A stretch of 64,000 bases of DNA, from the NCBI GenBank assembly GCA_964016885.1, contig OZ024743.1:143530001-143594000 (forward strand). The letters run 5' to 3'. The DNA is from Eledone cirrhosa (lineage: Eukaryota). Below the pieces are notes generated by a model. That model saw only the letters and a program-made list of their open reading frames with translations, ran no database searches and was not told where the DNA came from. Positions 1 to 14,130 of the stretch are shown here, one piece after another (position 1 is the first letter of the stretch; each line of letters opens with the position of its first letter). The position numbers and the translations under genes were made by a program.

Positions 1-447
1 ACTTACACCTCTCCAAGACAATGTCACTGGACCGTGACCTTTGACGGTACTCAGTAACAGAGAAGACCCGCCTTGCCAGTAGGCATATCTAACAAAATAC
101 ACCCCTCCCGCCGCCACCCCCACCCCATCCACACCACCCCGTTCTATGTAAAGTTATGTTGGTGCCGCGCCATCCAGGCCGAAACAAATGAGATCGTGTA
201 GGTGTCACGACAAAAAAACACACAGTCCACGCTGTAATGTGGCCGTGTAGGCAACACGGTAAAAACCTCCCAGACCCACACTGTAAATGTGGTTGGTGTT
301 AGGAAGGGCATCCAACTGTAGAAAACCTGCCAGACAGTCCTATGCGAGCAAGACAATCACTCTTGCCTCAAGTGGGACTACCCCCGTCCAAACCCATGCA
401 AGCGTGGAACACGGACGTTAAACGTTGATGATGATGATGATGATGAT
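1..447 (+). mobile_element. RTE LINE family A, 3' end (ORF end, 3' UTR, (GAT)n tail)
   Basis: Near-identical to 7023-7468; ends CGGACGTTAAACGTT(GAT)n. Confidence 0.9.
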
Positions 448-609
448 ATATACATATATACATACATATATACATACATATATACATACATATATACATA
501 CATATACATACATATATACATACATATATACATATATACTTACATATATATACATATATACTTACATATATATACATATATACTTACATATATATACATA
601 TATACTTAC

Positions 610-640
<31 letters not shown>

Positions 641-1200
641 CATACATATATACATATATACATACATATATACATATATACATACATATATACATATATA
701 CATACATATATATACATATATACATACATATATATACATATATACATACATATATATACATATATACATACATATATATACATATATACATACATATATA
801 TACATATATACATACATATATATACATATATACATACATATATACATACATATATATACATATATACATACATATATATACATATATACATACATATATA
901 TACATATATACATACATATATATACATATATACATACATATATATATACATATATATATACATATATATACATATATATATACATATATATACATATATA
1001 CATACATATATATACATATATACATACATATATATACATATATACATACATATATATACATATATATACATATATACATACATATATATACATATATATA
1101 CATACATATATATACATATATACATACATATATATACATATATATATACATATATATATACATATATACATATACATATATACATACATATATATACATA
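448..1200. repeat. (TA)n/(TACA)n compound microsatellite
   Basis: Direct reading; similar blocks at 8956-9756, 11126-13058, 18567-19536, 21648-22340. Confidence 0.97.
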
Positions 1201-3018
1201 TCATCATCATCATCATCTTCACCGTTTTACGTCCGTTCTTCCACGCTAGCATGGGTTAGACGGGTTGTCCTGTTGTGGGCAGTGTCTGGTCGGCTGACCC
1301 TGCCTTGCTCATACAGGAACTGATTTGGCTTGATTTCTACAGCTGGATGCCCTTCCTAACACCAACCTCATTTACAGTGAGTGCTGGGTGCTTTTTCGTG
1401 GCGCCTACACGTCCACTTTACAGTGTGGGCTGGGTGCTTTTTTGCCGTGGCACCTCCACGACCACCTTGCGGTGGGGGGTGTGGGGGCATATTGTCTATA
1501 TGCTTCAGCTTGTACCCATGGGAGGTCAGGTACTCTGTATTACTGCGTGACGCCAGAAGTCACGGTCGTGTGTCATTGCCTTTGAGAGGTGTAATTTGGT
1601 AAGGTCGGCTTTTATCACCTCATCCCAGGTCATCTTGGGTCTCCCCACTCCACGGTTCCCATCAACTTCTAGTGCTCTGCACCTTTTCATGCAGCTGTCA
1701 TCCTTCATACGCATCACATGTCCATACCAGCGCAACCGCCTCTCCTGCACACAGCATTTGATTTATCTTATGCTCAGTCACTCTCTCAATTCATTTATGC
1801 TTTGTCGTTCACGTATATTACTGTTACACATCCATCGGAGCATGCAGGCTTCGTTTCTCTCTAATCTACGTAAGTCCTCCACCTTCAGCGCCCAGGTCTC
1901 ACTACCATGCAACATTGCTGTTCGGATACACGCATCATACAGTCTGCCTTTCATTCTGAGGGAGAAGCCTTTTGCAGCTAGCAGTGGTAATAGTTCCCTA
2001 AACTTCTTCCATCCCGTTCTTACTCTAGTTATTGTACTTTCTGAACACCCACCTCCGCTGCTAATTCAGTCACCTAGGTAGCAGAAGCTGTCTACTGTTT
2101 CTACAGAGCCCTCCCAGAGATTGGTGGTACTTGTTTCCTGTGGCTGTTTGCTGCTTGCTGTCTCAGCACAGCTGCTGCACGTGAAGCCTACATTCTTAAT
2201 TAAGCTTCCTGAGATCCCGCTACATCTCTTGTGTACCCATTGTTTGCATTTGGGGCAGAGAATGGAGTTCCTACCTACACCTTTCCTACATACTGAGCAA
2301 GGCCATTTCCCTGAGGGGATGTGGGTTCTGTTTTCTCGTCTACTTACAAGGACCTTAGTCTTTGTCATGTTGACTTTGAGACCCTTTCTTTCTAGTCCCT
2401 GCTTCCAAGTTTGGAATCTAGTTCTACCATAGATTCAGCTATGAGTGCGAGGTCATCAGCATACAGGAGTTCCCATGGGCATCCGGTCTTAAACTCCTCC
2501 GTTATTGCCTGCAGGACTATGATGAACAGGAGGGGGCTAAGAACAGAGCCCTGGTGGACCCCAACCTGTACACTAAATTCCTCGCTATACTCATTGCTAA
2601 TCCTAACTTTGCTGACTGCTCCCCTATACATGGCCTGTACCGCTTTCACAAGCCATTCATCTACTCCTAGTTTTCTAAGAGCCCACCACATTACAGCACG
2701 TAGAACTCTGTCAAAGGCTTTCTCAAGGTCGACAAATGCCAAGTAGAGTGGCTTACTTTTAGCTAGGTACTTTTCCTGTAACTGCCTCACAAGGAAGAGG
2801 GCATCAGTGGTGCCTCTTCCTGGTACAAACCCAAATTGCATCTCGTGTATTTTCACCCGGTCCCTAATCAGCTGTGCTATAACTCTTTCTGTTACTTTCA
2901 TGACCTGGTCCATCAACTTTATACCTCTATAGTTTCCTCTATCTAGTGCATCACCTTTACTTTTGTAGCAGTTGACAATGATGCTAATGCACCAATCTTT
3001 TGGTATGACACCTAGTAT
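1201..3018 (-). mobile_element. RTE LINE family B, 5'-truncated and disrupted
   Basis: ORF pieces 2392-3078, 2066-2368 and 1526-1750 carry [20 protein letters not shown] and RRLRWYGHV; (CAT)n tail at 1201; homologous to 22341-24689. Confidence 0.92.
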
Positions 3019-3087
3019 ATACATATATATATACATATATATATACATACATATATACATATACATACATATATACATACATATACA

Positions 3088-3486
3088 TAAATATATAGTA
3101 AAACCTACTCCAGCCAGTAGGCATCTCTAACAAAATACACCCCGTCCCACCACCCCCACCCGATCCACACCACCCCGTTCTATGTAAAGTTATGTTGGTG
3201 CCGCGCCATCGAGGCCGAAACAAATGAGATCGTGTAGGTGTCACGACAAAAAAACACACAGTCCACGCTGTAATGTGGCCGTGTAGGCAACACGGTAAAA
3301 ACCTCCCAGACCCACACTGTAAATGTGGTTGGTGTTAGGAAGGGCATCCAACTGTAGAAAACCTGCCAGACAGTCCTATGCGAGCAAGACAATCACTCTT
3401 GCCTCAAGTGGGACTACCCCCGTCCAAACCCATGCAAGCGTGGAACACGGACGTTAAACGTTGATGATGATGATGATGATGATGAT
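3088..3486 (+). mobile_element. RTE family A 3' fragment (variant with ~28-nt insertion before the stop region)
   Basis: Starts TAAATATATAGTAAAACCTACTCCAGCCAGTAGG, also present on the minus strand at ~14487-14520; (GAT)n tail. Confidence 0.88.
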
Positions 3487-3822
3487 ACATACATATATAT
3501 ATATAGATATATATATACATATATATAGATATATACATACATATACATACATATATATATATAGATATATATATACATATATATAGATATATACATACAT
3601 ATACATACATATATACATACATATACATACATATATATATAGATATATACATACATATACATACATATATATATAGATATATACATACATATACATACAT
3701 ATATATATAGATATATACATACATATACATACATATATATATAGATATATACATACATATACATACATATATATATAGATATATACATACATATACATAC
3801 ATATATATATAGATATATACAT

Positions 3823-3973
3823 GCTAGGTACTTTTCCTGTAACTGCCTCACAAGGAAGAGGGCATCAGTGGTGCCTCTTCCTGGTACAAACCCAAATTGC
3901 ATCTCGTGTATTTTCACCCAGTCCCTAATCAACTGTGCTATAACTCTTTCTGTTACTTTCATGACCTGGTCCA
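3823..3973 (-). mobile_element. 151-bp RTE family B RT fragment fused to the 5' end of family A
   Basis: Matches 2762-2912 with about 2 substitutions. Confidence 0.85.
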
Positions 3974-6900
3974 TGCGAGCACTCCTCTTTGTTTCGTCCG
4001 CGGATGGCTAACATAACCCTATCTCCCCCCGCCCCCCACCACCCCCACCCTCCAAACGCAACCCAAAACTTCAGAGTTGGTACCATAAATGTAGGTACCC
4101 TAAAGGGTCGCGCTAACGAGGTTGTAGAAATGCTTGAACGTAAGGAGGTCGATGTTTGTTGTATTCAAGAGACCAGGTGGAGGGGTGGGTCTGCTAGATT
4201 CATTGAGGGTAAAAAACGATGTTATAAGCTTTTCTGGGTGGGAAACGACGATGGGCTGGGTGGAGTAGGAATCATGGTAGCAGAAAAGTGGGCAGATAAG
4301 ATAATAGACGTAAATAGAGTGAACGACAGAATAATTAAAATAAGACTTGTCCTCAATAGAACTACGGTGACAGTAATATCTGCGTACGCACCCCAATCCG
4401 GACTGCCCGGCACTATAAAAGACAGATTCTATGAGACACTGTTGCTAACTACCTCCCAAATATCTGACAGTGACTATATAATTATTGCAGGCGACCTAAA
4501 TGGTCACGTTGGACAACATTGTGACGGCTACGACGAAATCCATGGAGGCTATGGGTTTGGTACTAGAAATGAGGAAGGCTCCAGAATTCTGGAATACTGT
4601 GATGCAAATAACCTAACTATCTGTAACACTAACTTCAAAAAACGTGACAATCACCTGATTACCTATAGATCCGGGGAACACACAAGCCAGGTAGATTATA
4701 TCCTTACCAGAAGACGTGACAGAGTGTCTGTTGTAAACACTAAATCCCTCCCCCATGAAGAATGCACCTCCCAACATAGACTGATAATTAGCGACCTCAC
4801 AGTCAGGACGAGACGTACCCGACAGCAGAAGAGGACTATCCTCAGGAGGAAAATATGGAAACTAAAGGACCCCACAGCCAGAAATAAATTTCAAAGCATA
4901 TTACTTGATGCTTTCGACAGTAAGGAAGAGCATCTAGAATCGGACAATATAGAGGGACAGTGGAAATTTCTGAAAGCAAACCTGCTGTTGGCGACAGACG
5001 AAGTCTGTGGCTGGAGCAGGCCTGTAGGCAGGAGGAGAGTAACATGGTGGTGGAACAATAGGGTGGAGGGGTCAATTAAGGCCAAAAAGCAGGCTTGGAA
5101 AGTATGGCGGGATGGGGGAAGTAGAGTAGACTATCAAGTGGCCAGGAGGGAAGCTAGGAGAGAAGTGTACTTAGCAAGAAGGGAAGCTGAGGAAAGAAAG
5201 TTCAAGCATGTTCTACAACGCGATGACCAAAAACGTGAGGTGTTCAGGATTGCCAGGCAATGCGTCAAGGAAAACCGTGATATTGTCGGGGAGAAGTGTG
5301 TACTTAACGATGATGGCATACTTGCCATCACCGACACTGATAAGAAGGTAGCTTGGAAGTGTCACTATGAAAGGCTACTAAATGAGGAGAATAAATGGGA
5401 GAAAGACAGTCTCCCCCATATCGACCCGATAGAGGGACCAGCAGTGTTAGTCGAGGGGAGTATAATAAGTAAGGCAATCAAGGATATGAAGACTGGTAAG
5501 GCGGCTGGGCCTTCGGAAATAGTTGCTGAGATGCTGAAGGCATCTGGCACAGTGGGACACACCATGGTCACCCGCATAGTTAACCAAGTCGTACAGAATG
5601 GGGTTGTTCCGAAGGACTGGCATAGCAGCATCATCGTTAACTGTTATAAGGGTAAAGGAGACGCCCTAGATAGGAGTAACTATAGAGGCATTAAATTAAT
5701 CGACCAGGTCATGAAGGTCACGGAAAAAGTAATAGCGCAACTAATCAGAGAGAGAATTGATCTAGATGAAATGCAGTTCGGGTTTGTGTCAGGCAAAAGC
5801 ACCACAGACGCTCTTTTCATAGTACGACAACTACAGGAGAAGTACCTAGCTAAAGGTAAACCCCTCTACTTAGCTTTTGTCGACCTGGAGAAAGCCTTCG
5901 ACAGAGTCCCCCGCTCCATTATCTGGTGGGCTCTTAGAAAACTAGGCGTTGATGAATGGCTTGTGAGGGCTATACAAGCCATGTATAAAGAAACAGTCAG
6001 CAAGGTTAGAATTAACAACGAATATAGTGAAGAGTTTAGCGTAAAAGTTGGCGTCCATCAGGGCTCTGTTCTCAGCCCCCTACTATTTATTATTGCCCTT
6101 CAGGCTATAACAGAGGAGTTCAAGACAGGCTGCCCATGGGAACTCCTATACGCAGACGACCTGACACTCATAGCGGAATCAATGGCCGAGCTAGAGAAGA
6201 AATTCCAAACATGGAAGCACGGCCTAGAGTCAAAAGGACTTAAAATTAACCTGGCTAAGACCAAAGTTCTAGTTTGTAGGAAAGAAAACAAGGCGGCGGT
6301 CCCTTCTGGGAAATGGTCGTGCTCGGTATGTAGGAAAGGCGTAGGTAGAAACTCCATCTTATGTCCTAAATGCAAAGTATGGGTGCATAAAAGATGTAGT
6401 GGGATCACAGGTAAGCTAACTAAGAACATAGACTTTACATGTGGCCGGTGTTCTGGTGCAATAAGTAGCAGCAAGTGCCCACAAAATACTAGCTCTTTCA
6501 ATTGCGCAGAGGGTTCTATAGAAATAGTGGACAGCTTCCGTTACCTGGGCGATAAAATCAGCAGTGGGGGAGGGTGCTCTGAAAGTACTGTAGCTAGAGT
6601 CAGAACTGGTTGGAAAAAGTTCAGAGAGCTTATACCACTATTAGCTGCTAAAGGGTTCTCCCTAAAAATGAAAGGCAGGTTGTACGATGCCTGCATACGA
6701 ACAGCAATGTTGCATGGTAGTGAGACCTGGGCATTGTGTGCAGAGGATATACGCAGACTAGAGAGGAACGAAGCTTGCATGCTCCGCTGGATGTGTAACA
6801 GTAATATACGTGAACGGCAAAGCATAAACGAACTAAGGAAAAAATTAGAGATAAGAGGGATCAGATGTTTACTCGAGAGAAGGCTGCGTTGGTATGGACA

Positions 6901-7468
6901 CGTGATGCGCATGAAAGTCGATAGCTGTATTACAAAGTGCAGGGCAATAAAGATAGACGGTAGCCACGGAATAGGCAGACCTAGAAAAACATGGGATGAG
7001 CTGATAAACTCCGACCTCACACACTTACACCTCTCCAAGACAATGTCACTGGACCGTGACCTTTGGCGGTACTCAGTAACAGAGAAGACCCGCCTTGCCA
7101 GTAGGCATCTCTAACAAACTACACCCCGTCCCGCCACCACCCCCACCCCATCCACACCACCCCGTTCTATGTAAAGTTATGTTGGTGCCGCGCCATCCAG
7201 GCCGAAACAAATGAGATCGTGTAGGTGTCACGACAAAAAAACACACAGTCCACGCTGTAATGTGGCCGTGTAGGCAACACGGTAAAAACCTCCCAGACCC
7301 ACACTGTAAATGTGGTTGGTGTTAGGAAGGGCATCCAACTGTAGAAAACCTGCCAGACAGTCCTATGCGAGCAAGACAATCACTCTTGCCTCAAGTGGGA
7401 CTACCCCCGTCCAAACCCATGCAAGCGTGGAACACGGACGTTAAACGTTGATGATGATGATGATGATG
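3972..7468 (+). mobile_element. RTE family A, near full-length, potentially coding-competent
   Basis: Intact ORF, 3' UTR and (GAT)n tail; most of the 5' UTR is missing relative to the copy at 14131-18566. Confidence 0.92.
3989..7114 (+). CDS. RTE family A ORF: APE endonuclease + reverse transcriptase with inserted PHD finger
   Basis: Uninterrupted 1041 aa: GTINVG, IQETRW, AYAP, GDLN, DYIL, SQH (APE); [23 protein letters not shown] (RT); first ATG is in GATGGCTAAC (~4004). Confidence 0.93.
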   Translation: MFRPRMANITLSPPAPHHPHPPNATQNFRVGTINVGTLKGRANEVVEMLERKEVDVCCIQETRWRGGSARFIEGKKRCYKLFWVGNDDGLGGVGIMVAEKWADKIIDVNRVNDRIIKIRLVLNRTTVTVISAYAPQSGLPGTIKDRFYETLLLTTSQISDSDYIIIAGDLNGHVGQHCDGYDEIHGGYGFGTRNEEGSRILEYCDANNLTICNTNFKKRDNHLITYRSGEHTSQVDYILTRRRDRVSVVNTKSLPHEECTSQHRLIISDLTVRTRRTRQQKRTILRRKIWKLKDPTARNKFQSILLDAFDSKEEHLESDNIEGQWKFLKANLLLATDEVCGWSRPVGRRRVTWWWNNRVEGSIKAKKQAWKVWRDGGSRVDYQVARREARREVYLARREAEERKFKHVLQRDDQKREVFRIARQCVKENRDIVGEKCVLNDDGILAITDTDKKVAWKCHYERLLNEENKWEKDSLPHIDPIEGPAVLVEGSIISKAIKDMKTGKAAGPSEIVAEMLKASGTVGHTMVTRIVNQVVQNGVVPKDWHSSIIVNCYKGKGDALDRSNYRGIKLIDQVMKVTEKVIAQLIRERIDLDEMQFGFVSGKSTTDALFIVRQLQEKYLAKGKPLYLAFVDLEKAFDRVPRSIIWWALRKLGVDEWLVRAIQAMYKETVSKVRINNEYSEEFSVKVGVHQGSVLSPLLFIIALQAITEEFKTGCPWELLYADDLTLIAESMAELEKKFQTWKHGLESKGLKINLAKTKVLVCRKENKAAVPSGKWSCSVCRKGVGRNSILCPKCKVWVHKRCSGITGKLTKNIDFTCGRCSGAISSSKCPQNTSSFNCAEGSIEIVDSFRYLGDKISSGGGCSESTVARVRTGWKKFRELIPLLAAKGFSLKMKGRLYDACIRTAMLHGSETWALCAEDIRRLERNEACMLRWMCNSNIRERQSINELRKKLEIRGIRCLLERRLRWYGHVMRMKVDSCITKCRAIKIDGSHGIGRPRKTWDELINSDLTHLHLSKTMSLDRDLWRYSVTEKTRLASRHL

Positions 7469-7820
7469 ACATACATATACATACATATATATATATAGAT
7501 ATATTCATACATATATATAGATATATTCATACATATATATAGATATATACATACATATATATAGATATATACATACATATATATAGATATATACATACAT
7601 ATAGATATATACATACATATAGATATATACATACATATATATAGATATATACATACATATATATAGATATATACATACATATATATAGATATATACATAC
7701 ATATATATAGATATATACATACATATATATAGATATATACATACATATATATAGATATATACATACATATATATAGATATATACATACATATATATAGAT
7801 ATATACATACATATATATAT

Positions 7821-8955
7821 ATTAATGACATAGATGCCAACTTACAGAATGCCACGGTATTAAAATATGCAGATGACATCAAGCTGTACCTTGAAATCAA
7901 AAGGACTGATCCTGAAATTTACAACTCTTTCCTACAGTCAGACCTGGACACAATGCAGCAATGGATCACAGACTGGCAACTGAAGCTGGCTGTGGACAAG
8001 TGTACCACCATACATTTTGGAAGGAAAAATCCAGCGTCCACATACTCCCTCCACAACACTGACATCAAAAAGTCCTCTTGTGAACGTGACCTGGGCATTA
8101 CTGTCAGCAACGATTTGCGTTGGACAAAGCATGTCTCTAAGATTGTCAAGAAGGCCGAGGGTGTCTTGGCATCACTCAGCAAGACCTTTGTTAGCCGCTC
8201 TCCAGCCATCTATTTAAAACTGTATACAGCTATGGTGCGACCACACTTGGAATTCGCATCATCAGTCTGGAACCCCTATCTTGCTCGGAACATTGACCTC
8301 CTGGAAACTGTTCAGAGACGTGCAACCAAGCGCATACCCTCCATCAGACACCTACCATACTCTAAACGCCTTGCTTCCCTGGGCATGGATTCATTGAAGC
8401 TCCGACGTCTGGCAATGGACTTGGTGAATACCCACAAAGTTTTTAACCATCTCGCCAACTGCAGCCCTGAGCGCCTCTTTGATCTACATGTGTCTAACAC
8501 ACGTGGACATGCCTACAAGATAAGAAAACAGCACAGCTCCCATGACTTTCGCAGACATTTTTTCACGCTCAGAGTTGCTGAAGCATGGAACAAACTGCCT
8601 GCGTCAATTGTTAGCTGCCGAGACACTGCATCCTTTAAGACACTCATGCTTCCCGAAATACGCCAAAACTACACCTGATGTACCCCTTCCATACACATGC
8701 GTATATCATGACTCGTGAACTGTTCATTTTACTGATGTTTGTGCATTGCCCTATGTACTGTACATGCACTTTTTTGATGAGTTGTGGTGCACCTGGGCAC
8801 TGTACACAACATTTCATTATTGTTATTGTTATTATATCATGACTCATACACTGTTCATTTTCCTGACATTTGTACATTATTCTATGTACTATACATGCAC
8901 CTTTGATGAGTTGTAGTGCACCTGAGCACTGTACACAATTTCATTATTATTATTA
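7821..8955 (+). mobile_element. CR1-clade LINE, 5'-truncated
   Basis: KYADD, LQSDL, RPHLEFASSVWNP, TRGH, FFTLRVAEAWNKLP; ORF ends 8678; 3' UTR partly duplicated in tandem; (ATT)n tail. Confidence 0.88.
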
Positions 8956-9024
8956 TATACATATATATAGATATATACATACATATACATAGATATATAC
9001 ATACATATATATATATATATATAC

Positions 9025-9123
<99 letters not shown>

Positions 9124-9124
9124 C

Positions 9125-9241
<117 letters not shown>

Positions 9242-9266
9242 CATATATATACATATATATATATAC

Positions 9267-9409
<143 letters not shown>

Positions 9410-9422
9410 CATATATATATAC

Positions 9423-9471
<49 letters not shown>

Positions 9472-9476
9472 GATAC

Positions 9477-9539
<63 letters not shown>

Positions 9540-9544
9540 GATAC

Positions 9545-9607
<63 letters not shown>

Positions 9608-9631
9608 CATACATATATATATATACATACA

Positions 9632-9681
<50 letters not shown>

Positions 9682-9756
9682 CATACATATATATATACAT
9701 ATACATATATATGTACATATATATATATATATATACATATATATGTACATATATAT

Positions 9757-11125
9757 GTAAGTATGCATGTATACGTACATACATATATGTATACAGACGT
9801 ACAGTAGCATGCACATATATATATATATACACATATATACATACATATGCATACAGGTACACATACATATATGCACGTATCAGTTTAGCGGCGCTAACGT
9901 CGCTTTGTTCGTTTGTAAACAAACTGAACAGCCTGAATTTATGCCATACGGTGTTAAGGCAACCACGTCACCTTTTTGTTCAACACTGACACAGGAACGA
10001 TGTACTAGTTTCAAGCTTGTTAGCTATCATCAGCACCGTTTACCCATCTGCCAGATAGTTGAACGTTCGAAAGTATATACTTTCCTTATGAAAATTAACG
10101 GCTGAGCAGCCTAATTTGCATATTGAGTGAGTTAAATCGGTCAGGCATACCGAAAACGATAAATTAACGGCTGAGCAGCCTAATTTGCATATTGAGTGAG
10201 TTAAATCGGTCAGGCATACCGAAAACGATAAATTGCTGCTCAGCCGTTAATTTTCATAAGGAAAGTATATACTTTCGAACGTTCAACTATCTGGCAGATG
10301 GGTAAACGGTGCTGATGATAGCTAACAAGCTTGAAACTAGTACATCGTTCCTGTGTCAGTGTTGAACAAAAAGGTGACGTGGTTGCCTTAACACCGTATG
10401 GCATAAATTCAGGCTGTTCAGTTTGTTTACAAACGAACAAAGCGACGTTAGCGCCGCTAAACTGATACGTGCATATATGTATGTGTACCTGTATGCATAT
10501 GTATGTATATATGTATATATATATTTATATATATATGTGCATGCTACTGTACGTCTGTATACATATATGTATGTACGTATACATGCATACTTACATTTAA
10601 GTAAGTGCCATACTAAGAGTGAGAAATGAAATTTCGTTTTCATTTTGTTTCAATTTATCGTTTTCGGTATGCCTGACCGATTTAACTCACTCAATATGCA
10701 AATTAGGCTGCTCAGCCGTTAATTTTCATAAGGAAAGTATATACTTTCGAACGTTCAACTATCTGGCAGATGGGTAAACGGTGCTGATGATAGCTAACAA
10801 GCTTGAAACTAGTACATCGTTCCTGTGTCAGTGTTGAACAAAAAGGTGACGTGGTTGCCTTAACACCGTATGGCATAAATTCAGGCTGTTCAGTTTGTTT
10901 ACAAACGAACAAAGCGGCGTTAGCGCCGCTAAACTGATACGTGCATATATGTATGTGTACCTGTATGCATATGTATGTATATATGTATATATATATATAT
11001 ATATGTGCATGCTACTGTACGTCTGTATACATATATGTATGTACGTATACATGCATACTTACATTTAAGTAAGTGCCATACTAAGAGTGAGAAATGAAAT
11101 TTCGTTTTCATTTTGTTTCAATTTA
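9757..11125 (+). mobile_element. Hammerhead-containing 472-bp tandem repeat (retrozyme-like) with an inverted arm
   Basis: Direct units start at 10235 and 10707; inverted copy 9757-10234; one HHR per unit. Confidence 0.82.
10307..10347 (+). ncRNA. Type I minimal hammerhead ribozyme (copies 10779-10819 +, 9998-10038 -)
   Basis: cggtg CTGATGA t agct aaca agct t GAAA ctag TA catcg: stem I, core, stem II, palindromic stem III ACTAGT, GUA site. Confidence 0.85.
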
Positions 11126-11338
11126 TACATATATATATACATATATATATATATATACATATATACATATATATATATATATACATATATATATACATAT
11201 ATATATATATATACATATATATATACATATATATATATATACATATACATATATATACATATACATATATATATACATATATATATATATACATATATAC
11301 ATATATATATATATACATATATACATATATATATATAC

Positions 11339-11369
<31 letters not shown>

Positions 11370-11394
11370 CATATATATATACATATATATATAC

Positions 11395-11425
<31 letters not shown>

Positions 11426-11474
11426 CATATATATATACATATATATACATATATATATATACATATATATATAC

Positions 11475-11505
<31 letters not shown>

Positions 11506-11566
11506 CATATATACATATATATATATACATATATATACATATATATATATATACATATATATATAC

Positions 11567-11613
<47 letters not shown>

Positions 11614-11628
11614 CATATATATATATAC

Positions 11629-11759
<131 letters not shown>

Positions 11760-11895
11760 CATATATATATACATATATATATATATACATATATATATAT
11801 ACATATATATATACATATATATATATATACATACATATATACATATATATATATATACATATATATATACATATATATATACATATATATATATA

Positions 11896-11927
<32 letters not shown>

Positions 11928-11957
11928 CATACATATATATATATATACATATATATA

Positions 11958-12019
<62 letters not shown>

Positions 12020-12054
12020 CATACATATATATATATATACATATATATACATTC

Positions 12055-12101
<47 letters not shown>

Positions 12102-12342
12102 CATATACATATATATATATATACATGTATATATATACATATATATATATATATACATATATATACATATATACATATATATACATATATACATATATAT
12201 ACATATATATACATATACATATATATACATATATATACATATACATATATATACATATACATATATATATATATACATATATATACATATATATACATAT
12301 ATATACATATATATATATATACATATATATACATATATATAC

Positions 12343-12411
<69 letters not shown>

Positions 12412-12524
12412 CATATATATATACATATATATATATATACATATACATATATATATATATACATATACATATATATATACATATACATATATATATACAT
12501 ATATATATATACATATATATATAC

Positions 12525-12573
<49 letters not shown>

Positions 12574-12662
12574 CATATATATATACATATATATATATAT
12601 ACATATATATATACATATATATATATACATATATATATATATACATATACATATATATATAC

Positions 12663-12815
<153 letters not shown>

Positions 12816-12822
12816 CATATAC

Positions 12823-12923
<101 letters not shown>

Positions 12924-12966
12924 CATATATATATATACATATATATATATATACATATATATATAC

Positions 12967-13010
<44 letters not shown>

Positions 13011-13058
13011 GCATACATACACACACACACATATATATATACATATATATATATATAT

Positions 13059-13656
13059 GGTGGCTGCCAACTCGTTTTCGAGTACGGCCACTACTTTATA
13101 TCCATGTAGGAGAACCCCACCGATGCGCTGAACGAGTGTGACTTTTTAGTGCAGTTAGCGACTTGAAAACTCTGTACAAACACTACACTTGTGACAATTA
13201 TTGACACATAGTGCTGGGACAATGGAACCATGTCACGACAAGTGCAGAGAGATCTCCAGATATAAAGCAATGCCTGTGCCGTGAAGCTTTTATAGTGAGC
13301 AAAGGCACTGCACAAAGCCAGTCCACTCTCTTAACTAAGATGATATTTACCAAAAAGAAGAACAAGTCAACATCATTAGATACCATTAGGGCTACAGGAG
13401 TTATATCAGAGTTTTCCTTCTCCTAGAATTCTGCCTTGACAAAGGCTAAGGAGTCATCTCTCCCGGTGATTTTGGATGGCCATTGACTCTTAAGAGCTCC
13501 TTTGCCCTTTTGACAGGTTTTGTTTTTAGTCCTGCAGGATGTCCAAAGTCAGCCTCCTCACCAAGAAACCTTGGTGGGGTTGCCAGTTTAGTCGCCAACG
13601 ACCCGACCATGAGACAGGTTGTACTGGTATACATGTTACCAGTAGCACCAACTGCA
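13059..13656 (-). mobile_element. ~600-bp non-autonomous element/SINE with RTE-derived 3' tail
   Basis: 3' 150 bp matches 26621-26786 (C2H2-like CSVC...H...H remnant, as at the end of the BovB-like RTE at ~62700); 5' part matches 55434-55490. Confidence 0.55.
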
Positions 13657-13671
13657 TATATATATACATAC

Positions 13672-13702
<31 letters not shown>

Positions 13703-13730
13703 CATACATATATATACATATACATATATA

Positions 13731-14027
13731 TCATCATCATCATCATCACCGTTTTACGTCCGTTCTTCCACGCTAGCATGGGTTAGACGGGTTGTCCTGT
13801 TGTGGGCAGTGTCTGGTCGGCTGACCATGCCTTGCTCATACAGGAACTGATCTGGCTTGATTTCTACAGCTGGATGCCCTTCCTAACACCAACCTCATTT
13901 ACAGGGAGTGCTGGGTGCTTTTTCGTGGCGCCTACACGTCCACTTTACAGTGTGGGCTGGGTGCTTTTTTGCCGTGGCACCTCCACGACCACCTTGCGGT
14001 GGGGGGAGTGGGGGCATATTGTTTATA
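13731..14027 (-). mobile_element. RTE family B 3' UTR fragment
   Basis: Matches 1201-1497. Confidence 0.9.
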
Positions 14028-14055
14028 TGCATACATATATATATATACATACATA

Positions 14056-14109
<54 letters not shown>

Positions 14110-14130
14110 AATACATATATATATAAATAC

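Noticed and set aside
13575-13656. HDV-like ribozyme in the SINE head
   Set aside because: Could not place P1 and P1.1 in the required order by eye.
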